This document shows, piece by piece, positions 1 to 11,900 of a stretch of DNA of 21,527 bases (its first letter is position 1; each line of letters begins with the position of its first letter). The position numbers were made by a program, and so were the translations under genes. The stretch spans positions 1 through 21,527 of the forward strand of contig CAYJVT010000005.1 in NCBI GenBank assembly GCA_964373695.1, written 5' to 3'. The notes under the pieces were generated by a model. It did not search any database, was not told the DNA's origin, and saw nothing but the letters and a program-made list of their open reading frames with translations. Source of the DNA: an uncultured archaeon (GTDB lineage Archaea; Aenigmatarchaeota; Aenigmatarchaeia; GW2011-AR5).

Positions 1-1
1 A

Positions 2-2992
2 GCAGCATTGATTGACTGCAATCCCGGGATTATAAAAACATTTGAGGCGGATTACGTTGTATATACCGGTCAGAACGACTTATGCAGCGCCGGCATCAAT
101 CCAGAATGCAAAAAAAGATGTGATTATATAGACAAATGTATCGGGAAAAGAGTATGTTTTGTTCCCGTCAGAGATACCTATTGCGGCAATGCCTGCCGAA
201 GCGATGCGGATATAGACCAGAAGTATTTGATATTAAAAGGTATTACATGCGGACCCGCTACCTCTGCACAAGATTCGCCACCCGAGACGTCGAATCCCGA
301 AGGCACCAGGTGCAGCACGGACGACGGCAGGCAGGGCGTGTGCAAAACGACATCGTCATGTGCTGCTGAAGGAATGCAGAGCGTCCAGGGCTTTTGCCCA
401 GGCCCTTCTGATATACAATGCTGCGTAGCGCCGCAACAAGCCGCGGCAGACATGACTGCGCCTGTCATCTCCGTTTTCACTTCAACCATAACAACCGACC
501 CCGCAAATCTTGAAGCGGGCACGAACGAGCCGGCGACATGCAGATATAGCAATACAGACATCAATTATGATTCCCGGACCGAAACACCTCTAGGTACGAC
601 ACATTCGTGGCCCCTTACAGGACTGACAAACAGCCAGAAGACATATTATGTAAGATGCACTGACGAGAGCGGTAACATAGGAAAGACAAGCGCTACAATA
701 AATGTTCAGATAGAAGACATAATTAATACAGAAGATTTCACTCAGATTGCTGCAGATGGGCCTATGGATTTAATAACATCATATTATCCCGGCATAATAA
801 CGGTTTCTTCTACTAAAATTTTAGTAAATACAAACGAAAATGTTAAATGTCGGTATGGAAGGTCCGGACAGCTCTACAATGATATGGCCAGCTGGACTGA
901 AAGCTCTCGGGGAAATCTTCATTCATGGAATGTAGACGTTGAAGACAGGTCTGAAGTCACTATAGCATGTAGAATTAATAGTGGCTACAGCTGGTTTGAC
1001 TCTGTTACAATTCCGGTTCAGATCTCCGCTTCCACCTCCGCTGGCACGGTAGCTTCTGGAACCGCCTACAAATTGTGCCGCAATGACGTAACGAAAACCT
1101 TCACATGCAGTGATACATGCTTATCCGGGGAAGTTGTCGACCCATCATTTACACGGGGCAACTATGGTGATTGTACGCAAATGTGCTCAAATCTGATAAT
1201 TGAGACCGCCTATTTATGCAACACGCCTTCTGACATCCAATCACCGCCCGAATCCGGACGATATGTAATGTGCGCAGGCGACGATCTTGAGGTTGGATGT
1301 TCGGAGAGCGCATGTCCCAGCGGGAGTGACGAAATAGATAGAGGTTTCAGTTCAGAATCGGAGTGCAACTCCATGTGCAACTCAATCCCGTTGCCAAATG
1401 GATTTTATTGTGCGCAGTCGCCACCTGCAGTAATGTGCGCACTCGGTAATTATTATGTATGCAGAACGCCTTCTACCGGAGATAACTGCCAGCCAGGCGA
1501 GAATGTAGGGAAACATTTTGGCACTCTGTCGGAATGCAACGCAGAGCGCGAAAGGCTAAAGGCAGGCCAGTCCATCACGCGCACCTGCGAGCAGGCATGC
1601 AAGCAGAATGCGGCGAAGAAAGGGGTGTGCGTCGGCAGCGATGTGAGGGTTACGTACAACGGCTACAGCACTTCAAGCGGTTATTTTGATCTCGGCTACG
1701 GCAATGGAAGATGGAGTCCGTTAGGGAACAGCGGCGAATACCAGTGCAACGCCAACCAGCAATGCACCTGTTTCTCCGCAAACCGCTACACTTCGATATC
1801 GGTGAGCTTTTTCACCCAGCCGGAAAGGGTAATAGATGTCGGCAGCGAGGAAGCCACCAGAGAGACGATAGCGTCGATGGAGGCCAGAGGTGACCTGTTG
1901 CTGCGGATTCCGAGCAAGAATCCCACAGGCAATGCCAATCCAACGTATGTTGACAGCATACAGTTCTGCGACGTTGAAATAATATCAGGGCAGACGACGC
2001 ATGCGAGAAGCCGGGGCTGCGGCACTGAAATTGTTGCACTTGAGCCGCTTTACATAGGCGCTGACGAGGCTAAAAGCATCAGGATAAAGGGGAAAATAGA
2101 CGCATACTCAGCACACTGCGAAGGCATAGAACTCGCGTGCCTGCAACCCTACAAAGCGGGATGCAGAAGAGTTGAAGAAGGATTAAAGGTGGGTTATAAA
2201 CCCAATTCGTGTTTTGAGGGCGAGGTGAAACTGGCAAGCAAGAAGGAAATGAAAATAGACATGGCCAAGGCCGCCACCATATTATGTGGTGGAAATGTGG
2301 TAAGGAAAATAATTTCAGGAGACTACAACAAAGAAGAAGGAGAGCAGCCGCCGCCCGGCGAACAGGAGGCGAATCTTGCAAAAGATGTTTCCAAATGCGC
2401 CGCAATATATTTGGGTGCTAAGACATGCCCTGACAACGTGAGAGGAACTGTAAAATTCAACATACGAGGCGATATTACAGGGGCAACCCTCAATACGCCT
2501 GCCGGCGGCATCAGTATAGGCGAGCAAGGAGTGACCGGAGCCCCGGGCTACGGGCCTGTAAGCGTAGAGCCAACAAGATCGTTTGGTTCTGAATACTCGG
2601 ATATGTTCTTGTATTATGCGGGCGGCTGTGGCCTCAAACCAGGCGGCGACTTCGACTGCTATAGCGTCTGCGGAAGGAACATAGGGAATGTCAGGGAACC
2701 CACTCCATACCAACCCTCATGCAGCCAGTACAGGGCGTTCCCGCTTGCGGAGCCAGCGCCGCGCGACATTGTTTACAATTGCGATCCGCTGAAAATATCA
2801 TCCACCGACAACCCCATAAGGACGGCGTCAATAATCGTGCAGAAGCCCGACGGCACGACGAAAGAAATTTCCATTCCCGTAACAAACGGCGTCTTTGACA
2901 GCACGATAATGCTGCCTGACGACCTTGATGCTGAAAGCATAGAGTCCGGGCTGTACTACATCTCGATAGGGAGTGTTTCGAAGGAAGTATAG
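2..2992 (+). CDS. Large Cys-rich surface/secreted protein, 5'-partial (Ig-like and small disulfide modules)
   Basis: The frame of the 8..2992 ORF is open back to position 2 (gca gca ttg), so the gene starts upstream of the window. It contains two T-x-E-x-(A/V)-x-C-R-Y Ig-like modules (~449-715, ~780-1020), several small Cys modules and a C-terminal beta-rich domain. No C-terminal TM segment is visible. Confidence 0.85.
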   Translation, partial: AALIDCNPGIIKTFEADYVVYTGQNDLCSAGINPECKKRCDYIDKCIGKRVCFVPVRDTYCGNACRSDADIDQKYLILKGITCGPATSAQDSPPETSNPEGTRCSTDDGRQGVCKTTSSCAAEGMQSVQGFCPGPSDIQCCVAPQQAAADMTAPVISVFTSTITTDPANLEAGTNEPATCRYSNTDINYDSRTETPLGTTHSWPLTGLTNSQKTYYVRCTDESGNIGKTSATINVQIEDIINTEDFTQIAADGPMDLITSYYPGIITVSSTKILVNTNENVKCRYGRSGQLYNDMASWTESSRGNLHSWNVDVEDRSEVTIACRINSGYSWFDSVTIPVQISASTSAGTVASGTAYKLCRNDVTKTFTCSDTCLSGEVVDPSFTRGNYGDCTQMCSNLIIETAYLCNTPSDIQSPPESGRYVMCAGDDLEVGCSESACPSGSDEIDRGFSSESECNSMCNSIPLPNGFYCAQSPPAVMCALGNYYVCRTPSTGDNCQPGENVGKHFGTLSECNAERERLKAGQSITRTCEQACKQNAAKKGVCVGSDVRVTYNGYSTSSGYFDLGYGNGRWSPLGNSGEYQCNANQQCTCFSANRYTSISVSFFTQPERVIDVGSEEATRETIASMEARGDLLLRIPSKNPTGNANPTYVDSIQFCDVEIISGQTTHARSRGCGTEIVALEPLYIGADEAKSIRIKGKIDAYSAHCEGIELACLQPYKAGCRRVEEGLKVGYKPNSCFEGEVKLASKKEMKIDMAKAATILCGGNVVRKIISGDYNKEEGEQPPPGEQEANLAKDVSKCAAIYLGAKTCPDNVRGTVKFNIRGDITGATLNTPAGGISIGEQGVTGAPGYGPVSVEPTRSFGSEYSDMFLYYAGGCGLKPGGDFDCYSVCGRNIGNVREPTPYQPSCSQYRAFPLAEPAPRDIVYNCDPLKISSTDNPIRTASIIVQKPDGTTKEISIPVTNGVFDSTIMLPDDLDAESIESGLYYISIGSVSKEV

Positions 2993-2994
2993 AA

Positions 2995-5900
2995 ATGAGA
3001 AAAGCGCTTTTGGTCGCATTTGTCCTGATGATTTACGCAGATGTTGCTTTCTCACAGTCACTCTTCACGCCTTTTCCAAACCCTGTCGACAACAGCGAGG
3101 GATGCCGCATTGCGATAATAACTGGAAGGGGGGAGATCAATATATTTACTTCTGGAGGACAAAGAATAGGGACGATGACTGAAGGACCAAAGTATTCATC
3201 AAGGTTCAATTATTATTACTATTATTATGAAACGTCTAATCTTCAAGGTAGAGGCTCATATTATATGCAATTTAGAGGAACTGATGGGAAGATAAAAAAA
3301 GGAGTCTTCACAGTTGAACAAGGCTTAAAATTTCAGGACGGCAGGCCTAGATGCGCTGCATCGGAACTGCTTGAGCGGGAGCCTGAAGAAGAAGCTTTGC
3401 CGCCAGAATACAATCTTGAAGGCATCATCTCCGACAGCGCCCTGAGCACCGTCATAAGGACGACCATCGACATACTGTTCGCGAGGCCACTAGAGGCCAG
3501 CATACAGCCCGTGGAGCAGAGCACGGTGCCGCAGAGCCTGAAGAGTGTCAACTCGCTTCTTTATACGGTTACACTGAGAAACCCGAACAGCTTCCCCCTC
3601 GATGCAAAGATTGACAACTTGGAGGACATAACGAGGCCTGCTACACTTTCCATAACGAGAGCCGGGGCGCCACTGGCTGCCGGAAGACTGGCCCAGATAG
3701 CAGGAGGCGGCGAACTGGCAGTACAACTCACGGTGAGCTCGCCAGACGAATGCCCGAACGTCGGCGATACATGCAGGAAGGATTTCTCGATAAAAGTTTC
3801 GTCTTATCAGGGCACGAGGAAAATAGGCGATGCCACAGTTTCAGCTGCCTACATCCTGGTATCGTCGCCTTCGCCCAAAATCATGCCGGTAGAGAACGAG
3901 GCGACGGAGAAGGAGGGCGCCATCAATGCCATAACCAGGCAGGGAGCACCTGTGGAATACAGCTTCTACGTGTTTGACGACGAGAGCGTGAACAGCGGGT
4001 TCGTGCCTTACGATGTTTTATTGACGCAGAGAAAACTCACCGGCACCGGGACGTGGGCTGTCAGCGTGCAGAGCCGGGTCACAATAGAAAAAATAGTCCA
4101 GAAGACAGTCGGCGGGATAACTGAAATGAAGGACGGGATGAAAAGAGTAACAGTGAGCGTGAGCCCGCCGTCGCAATCACCATCAAACAGCCTGAAACCC
4201 GGCGACGAAGCGACATTCGAGATAACGGCGAGGCGCTCTGGAACTACGGATGCCGGAAGCAAGGTTGTCATAAAATACACCATATCGACGCACGGCGACG
4301 GCGTATGCGACCCGGACGAAAGCACCGAGACTTATCCGCAGGACTGCAAGGCGGATGACTTATTTGGATGCGCCTTCAACGGCAGATGCGAGAGACGTGA
4401 GGACAACGGCGTGAGCTTCAGCGCCGCGCTCAAAACAGACAATCCCAGAAATTATGATTTCCTTATATGCAAGAGCGGCGTGGCCGAAGACGTATGCCTC
4501 CGGGCTGTCAGCAACGTGCAGCAAGAATGCAGCTTCACCAAGAACATGAAAGGGCCGTGGGAACCAAAAAGCTGCATAGCCGGGACAAGGGTGCTGCCTC
4601 AGGGCGCTTCTGCTCACGAAGTCTTTTCTGCATGTGCCGACAAAATCGGCGAATACTACTTGCTTGCGGCGACGCGAGGCATAAGCCCGCAGAAGATAAA
4701 GAGCGCGAACACTTATCGCTACGAATGCCCGTTCATCGACATACCGTCCATAGACGGGGTGATAACTAATTTGCGCCAGACAAGGACAAATATGAACGGC
4801 CAGAAAGCCACCCTTATCGAGGAAAACAATGAAATACAGACGAAGGAACTGGCCGGCACGGCAACTTCCAAGGAGATATCAACAAAGGCCCAGAACGCCA
4901 TATGCATAGACACATATGCCTCCATATTCCTAGAGATAGACTCGAGGATAGCTTCCCTCACTAACATCCTTAACACGCCTTCACTTTCAGCGGCTTCGCA
5001 GATTTACGGCGACAAATCTCTTTACGAATGGGATGCCGACTTCCAGGGTGATATAGCGCTGCGCCAGGCGAACGGATGCTTCTCAGAGCTGCGGTCAATA
5101 CTCAACATAGAAAGCGCGACTTTCACGCCAGCATCGGTCAGGGGCGGCGAATCTGTCGCGCTCCGCGTTGTTGTGACAAAAACCGGCACCCAAGATTATT
5201 ACGGCTCTGTTTCCTGCAACATAACCAAGCCGGGCGAGAGCAAGCAGACAATACAACTGACACCACAATGCGTCCGGATATCTGAGGAAATAAAAAATTT
5301 CGGCGCTGAAATTACTACTGCTAATTCCGGCGCTTTGACAGGAACGTGCACTGTTTACGGCTCGCTGAAGAACGACTGCTCTTCTGCCACAATACACGAC
5401 AAGAAAGACGTTTCAGGCAGCGTTTATTCGATACAATATTCGGTGTCTTCCGTTTCCGGAAGCAACGCCATATGCACGGACGCCTCAGGCGCAGCTGCAC
5501 CGGCGACAATGCCATGCACCGTCACGCTCAACGGCAACGAACAGGCTAGGACGGGATTTGCCGCGCATCCAGAATATGGCGCCACAAATTTCACTTGCGC
5601 CCGATGCTCTATAACGCGAAGCAGCGGCAAAACGGAAGAATGCACATTCACGTCAAGAAACGGACTCTCGTCGGTTTTCAACTGCCAGGCCGCCGGCGTC
5701 GGCACTTACAATCTCAAGGGATATGTTGTCGACAATGAGGACTGCAAGCCTGCCACTCCACAGGATTCGCAGACGTCGGGAATATTATCAACTGACTATC
5801 TATGCTACGGCCCCGGAGACGGAAGTCTAACAGCAGGCGAGGAATGCGACCCGGCGAGGACGGCGCAGCAGACCGTGACGGACTGCAACAATCTCGGAAG

Positions 5901-8900
5901 AAGCTCCCCGCACTGGACTTGCAACCAGCAGTCGAGATGCGTTGACAGCACGGCGCCGGCAATATCCAATATAGGCATATCCGGCACATCAATTCTCCAG
6001 GCATCCACAAACGAAGTCGCAAGATGCAAGTATGACGAGCAGGACAAGCCGTATTATAATACAATGACGCCAGACGAAACCCCTTACGGGAGTTCGCACC
6101 GGTGGACGGTTCTCGGGTTGACCAACACCCCCAGAACGCTGTACATAAAATGCACGGACGGCACCAACATAGGCACAGCAACATTTGACGCGAGCCTTTC
6201 GGCCGCATGCACCGGCACAGCACCGCAGAACGCCGTGCTTTGCACAGACGACGACTCTGAGCTTACATCGGGCGCTGCGAGGACGCTGGTTGAGCAGTGC
6301 AGCGCCAACAAGTGCGAGTATATATGCGACGCCAGCAGTGGATATGTGAAGCAGGGCAATTCCTGCATAAAGCCCAACGAGCCGCCGGTGATAAGCGGAG
6401 TCGCGATGCAGGGCTCTTGCATCATAGGGAACACGATAACGGTTACATGCTCGGCAAGTGACCCCGACGGCACGCTTTCCTCCCCTAGCGGCGTCATAAA
6501 AATAAATGGCGCCACGCAGCCGGCAACTTTCGCGAACGGCGTTTACACGACATCCGCTTACCAGATAATCCAGACAGCAGGAACGGAGATAAAGGCGACA
6601 TGCTTTGTGACGGATTCATCAAGAGAAAGCACCAATCTTACCGGCCGCCTCTGCACCGTCCAGGTATGCCCGAACATGCCTACATTCAATAGCATATCAA
6701 TTAGCCCGAAAGAGCCGCCGAAGGGAGGACTTGTTGAGATAAGGTTCACTTCCTCAAAGGCTCTTACACAGAATCCTCAGATTATCATAAAGGCCGGCTC
6801 GACCCAGGCTGCGGCCGCCATAGATTCATCACGCTCAAGCGGGCTGAATTATGTTTACAGCGCAAGGCTGCCTGCATACGCCGGCGACGCCATGCTTGTC
6901 ATAAGAGGGCAGTCAGAGGCGAACTGCATAGGCGAGGCGACAAGGCCATTCCTTGCCGTTGCATCGGCAGGCGCTCCGAAACCCTCGTCGGTAATTGTGA
7001 CTGCAAACCCGGCTGCAATCTCAGCCGACGGCACGACACGTTCCACGATAGCCGCGACGTTCAGGAACGCCGCCGGCGCTCCAATGCCTTACGAGAGCAC
7101 GGTTTCGCTTTCGACCACTTCAGGAAGCATAATGCCATCATGCGCCACCAGAGCCGACGAATCCACATGCTTCGCTTACCTGACATCATCCCAAACACCT
7201 GGAGAGGCGACGGTGACGGCAGCATGGAACGGACTCTCCGGCATCACGGCTGTCAGTTTCCTCACCCCGGCGCCGACAGACATCTACCCGCCGAACATAT
7301 TCAACCCCAAGCCGGTCAGCGGCTCCGTGGTCCAGACAAGAACTCCTTCAGTAAGCATAACGACCGACGAGTCCGCGACATGCAAGTATGCAACTCAGCT
7401 GAATGCAGCGTCTGCGAGCGCAATGACGCCTTCAAACGGCGGCTTGCTGCACACTGCAATTCTCACTCTGACAGACGGGACGAACACAATCTACTTCAGG
7501 TGCCGCGACACTGCCGGCAACGAGGGTAATGATTATCGTTACATCATCTCATACCAAGCAACGGAGCCGCCATCAATCACTTGCGGCGGAACGGCACCTT
7601 CAGGCGCAGGCGTAGTGAAAAGCAGCGCTTCGGGCGCAGGAACATGGAGCTACAAGGAAACAGGGACGCTCAATGCATGCGAATGGCGATGCGCCGACAC
7701 GCATGTCAAGGACGGTAATTCATGCGTGCCGAGGCAGACTGCAACCCCGACATGCACTGATGTCACTGCAGAAACGATGCAGGTATGCGCAGGCGACGAC
7801 ATCGTGGAGAAAAACACGAGAAGAACGCTCGTCACGGCATGCACCAACGCGGTGAAATGCGAATACCAATGCAAGCCGGGCTATAGAATTTCCGGGGATT
7901 CGTGCGTTCAGGAAACAAGTCCCACAGGAACTGACTGCACCAACCCGCCGCAGTTTGCGCAGCTCTGTCCCGGCGACAACTCGAACCAGGCCGCCGCCCT
8001 CGTTGATGCGTGCACGGCAGAAACCAAGTGCGAGTACATGTGCATTACAGGCCGTGTCAGGGAAGGAAGCACTTGCACATCTTCATCAGAATTTTCCGCC
8101 ACAGCCACAGCTACTCCCGAAACCCCCATAGCCGGCCAGCAGTTCACGCTTTCGGTGGAGTTTGCAAACACCAACAGGCTTTTCGCTGACGGGCTCTCGG
8201 CAGGCAGGCAGATATGCAGCTCATCTCCATGCATCCTGACTGACACAAAAACATCTGCAGGCACTTATACCTACACTTTCTGGAACTCAGAGCTGTCGCG
8301 CTCCGTGAAGAAGAGCGTGACGGTAAGGGCGAGCAACGCGCCTGCTGTGGAGCCGGTCTTCGCCGAGCCGAGCATATGCCAGTCCGGAGGCGCGCTCCGC
8401 CTGAAGTGCAGGGTCAGCGACGCGGATGCAGCCGACAGGGAAAGCTTTGATGTCGAGTTTTACGCCGGAAGGTGCGAGTCCAACACCTTAGGAAACACAA
8501 GAAACTGCTTTGATACAAGGGAATGGGCGGATTCATCCGGCAGTTACAGGCTCTTGGGCGGAAAGGAAAGCACCGGACTGTACTCAGTTCTGTTCAACAT
8601 ACCTTCCGACTCGTCGGGTAAGGGCATTGCTGCCACTTGCAGGGCCCGGGACCAGACAGGTGAATACTCCCGGTGGGGAGACGCCTACCCGCTCTGCGTA
8701 GTTGACGTGTGCGACAATGCGCCAAGGATAATGACGCTCCAAACTTACAGAGGCAGCGAACAGAGGACGCAGTTCACCGCGGCCGACACGCTGAGCGTGA
8801 AATTCACGTCAGACAGGGCACTGAGCAACGCAGCGGTCAGGATAAAGACAGGGACAAACGAGTACGATGCGCAGCGTTCAGGCTCGTCAACTGCTCCCTA

Positions 8901-11900
8901 CGAGTTCAGGCTGCCGCTTTCCGGAGTCCAGGCCGGCAATGCACAAGTCGTGGTTTCAGGATACCAGGACGCCAGCTGCATAGGAAGCAGGCTTGCCGAT
9001 ATTAATGTAGAGGAAACAAGGACTGGTCAAACCCCATCATCACTCAGACTGACTTCGTCACCATTTGCCGAAGCTTCGGGAGGAAAGAAGAAGACAACTG
9101 TAACAGCGACATTCCTCGACAATGCAGGCAATCCGATGCCCTTTGCTGCGTCTCTAGTGTTCGAGGTGATGGAAGGACTGGCTATGATTTCCCCGCCAAC
9201 ATGCTCGACCACACCCACCCAATCATCATGTGCAGTTGATGTGACCGAAACGACCGGTGATGCATCCATTAGGGCAAGAACTGGCACGCTGACATCAAAT
9301 ACACTGCGAATTGAATTTTCTTCTGCAACCCCGGCGTGCTCCGGAACGGCACCTTCAGGCGCAGGCGTAGTGAAAAGCGGCGCTTTGGGCGCAGGAACAT
9401 GGAGCTACAAGGAAACAGGGACGCTCAATGCATGCGAATGGCGATGCGCCGACACGCATGTCAAGGACGGTAATTCATGCGTGCCGAGGCAGACTGCAAC
9501 CCCGACATGCACTGATGTCACTGCAGAAACGATGCAGGTATGCGCAGGCGACGACATCGTGGAGAAAAACACGAGAAGAACGCTCGTCACGGCATGCACC
9601 AACGCGGTGAAATGCGAATACCAATGCAAGCCGGGCTATAGAATTTCCGGGGATTCGTGCGTTCAGGAAACAAGTCCCACAGGAACTGACTGCACCAACC
9701 CGCCGCAGTTTGCGCAGCTCTGTCCCGGCGACAACTCGAACCAGGCCGCCGCCCTCGTTGATGCGTGCACGGCAGAAACCAAGTGCGAGTACATGTGCAT
9801 TACAGGCCGTGTCAGGGAAGGAAATACATGCGTCCTCTCACAAGGCGGAACCTCCATTCCAGGCAGGCCCGTGAGCCTCAGGGTCGTTTCGAACCCGGCT
9901 TCAATCGAAATTGGCGGCGGCTCCAGGACGTCGGAGATAACGGCGACTTTCCTCAATAATGCGGGCAACCTGCTGCCTTTTGCAGGGACTATAACATTCA
10001 CGACCACCGCAGGCAGCCTCATACAGACATCATGCCCAACCAATGCCCAGCAGTCGTCTTGCGGCGTCATGCTCCAGTCCTCGAACACGGCTGGAATTGC
10101 AAGGGTCACTGCGACGTGGGAAAACATAAGCAATGTCGCGAACGTCGTATTCACTTCTCCCGCATCGGACACCACGCCGCCTAATGTAGTGAACCCGCAG
10201 CCCCTCGAAACCGTCACTTCACTTCCAATGACGCTTTCGTTCCAGACAGATGAAAGCGCGAGATGCAGATATTCCAGGACGCCCGGAACGGCATACGGGA
10301 ATATGCAGTCGACGACTCCATTGGGCAGGGCACACCAGTGGACTCTGGACGGCCTCACGAACGGCCTGCAGAGATTCTACATAAGGTGCGAGGACGAGGC
10401 GCGCAACGCGGCCCAGCAGGACTTCCAGCATTCATTCAATGTTCAGGTAGCTGGAAACCAGCAGGTCACACTGCTCCGCATATCGCCCAGCAACCCGTCT
10501 ATACAGGCGAACGGCGTCTCAACGACAGCAATAACGGCCAGGTTCACTAACAGCGCCGGTGAAACGTTGGCTTCTGCAAGAACAGTGGACTTCACGACGA
10601 CGGCCGGCAGGCTGCTGCAGAACTCATGCTCAACGACGCCTTCGGAAACGACATGTTCGGTTATACTGCGCTCGTCCACGACGCCCGGGATAGCGACTGT
10701 GTCGGCAACCTCCGGCACGCTGTCCTATGAAACCGGCGTCCAGTTCACGGAACAGCCCCAGCCTTCATGCACTGGAACCCTTCCGGCCAACTCCGAGCTC
10801 TGTTCAGGGGACAACGCGGGACTGTCGACGGACACGCCAATAACTCTTGTCAGCTCGTGCAGTTCGCCCAAGTGCGAATACAGATGCATTGCAGGTTACG
10901 CAAAGCAGGGCGATACATGCGTTCCTTCAAGCTCGACAACCCAGCTGTACAACACCGAGATAATGTCCTTGAGCGTTGTAAATGAAACGCCCGTCACGAC
11001 GCCCATCAACGCCAGCATCGGCATCGCAAACAAGCGCAACGAGGCGAGAAGCGCCCTGGTCACATGCAGGTTCAACTCAACTGCAGTGACGTCGGCGTGC
11101 ACCGCTCTTGCCGCAAATGGGAACGCGCTTGTCCAGATATCCTCACTGGCAAATGCGCCTGGCATCACCACTATAACATGCTCCGTCAACTCGACGACAG
11201 CGGCGTCGTGCCAGAGTTCAGCGCTGGACCACACGTACCCGTCAGCCGCAACGACGCTGGTCACCGAGCCGAAGATGCTCTACATACTTTCCGGCAGCGT
11301 GCCCCAGTCCCTGGTGAGGGGAACGCCGATAAACGCCCAAATAAGCGTAAGGAACCCGATAGAAGTCAGGTACGGCCGCGTCTCATGCACTTTCGATAGG
11401 CCTGGCGGCTCGACTGTCATCAACTCGTCTCAATGCCTCCCTGTCGGCCAGAACTCGGAAAGGGCATACAGCGTGCCGACATACGCAGACGTTTCCGGAA
11501 TATGGATGCTCAACTCATGCAACGTGACGACCTCAAGGTCCAGCGACTGCTCGCTCACCGACAACGTCAGCACAAGGACTTTCAACAGCGCAGTCAACAT
11601 CCTTGACAGGACACAGCTCACCATAAACTCGATAAGCGCCCTGCTGGCGTCCGTGCAGCTTGGGGACGAGAGCGCGGTCAATGTCAGCGTATCGAACCCG
11701 GCGCAGATAGACAAGTTCGCCCGCGTCAGCTGCAGGGTCACGAGGCCGAACAGCGGGCAGAACCAGTATTCAAGCCAGTGCACGCCGATGGCTTTCCAGA
11801 CATCGAAGCAGTTCCTGCTGAACTTCACGCCTACCATGGCCGGCACCTGGACGATAAGCTCCTGCAGCGTCGACGGCTCGGTGAACAGCGACTGCTCCGC

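Noticed and set aside
2985-3000. The first two ORFs as one frameshifted or read-through gene
   Set aside because: The second ORF starts with its own intact signal peptide, and the TAG-AA-ATG spacing is typical of coupled genes.
7587-9823. Diversity-generating retroelement template/variable repeat pair
   Set aside because: There are only two mismatches (one A/G, one C/T), both copies are in frame in the same gene, and no reverse transcriptase gene is present in the window.
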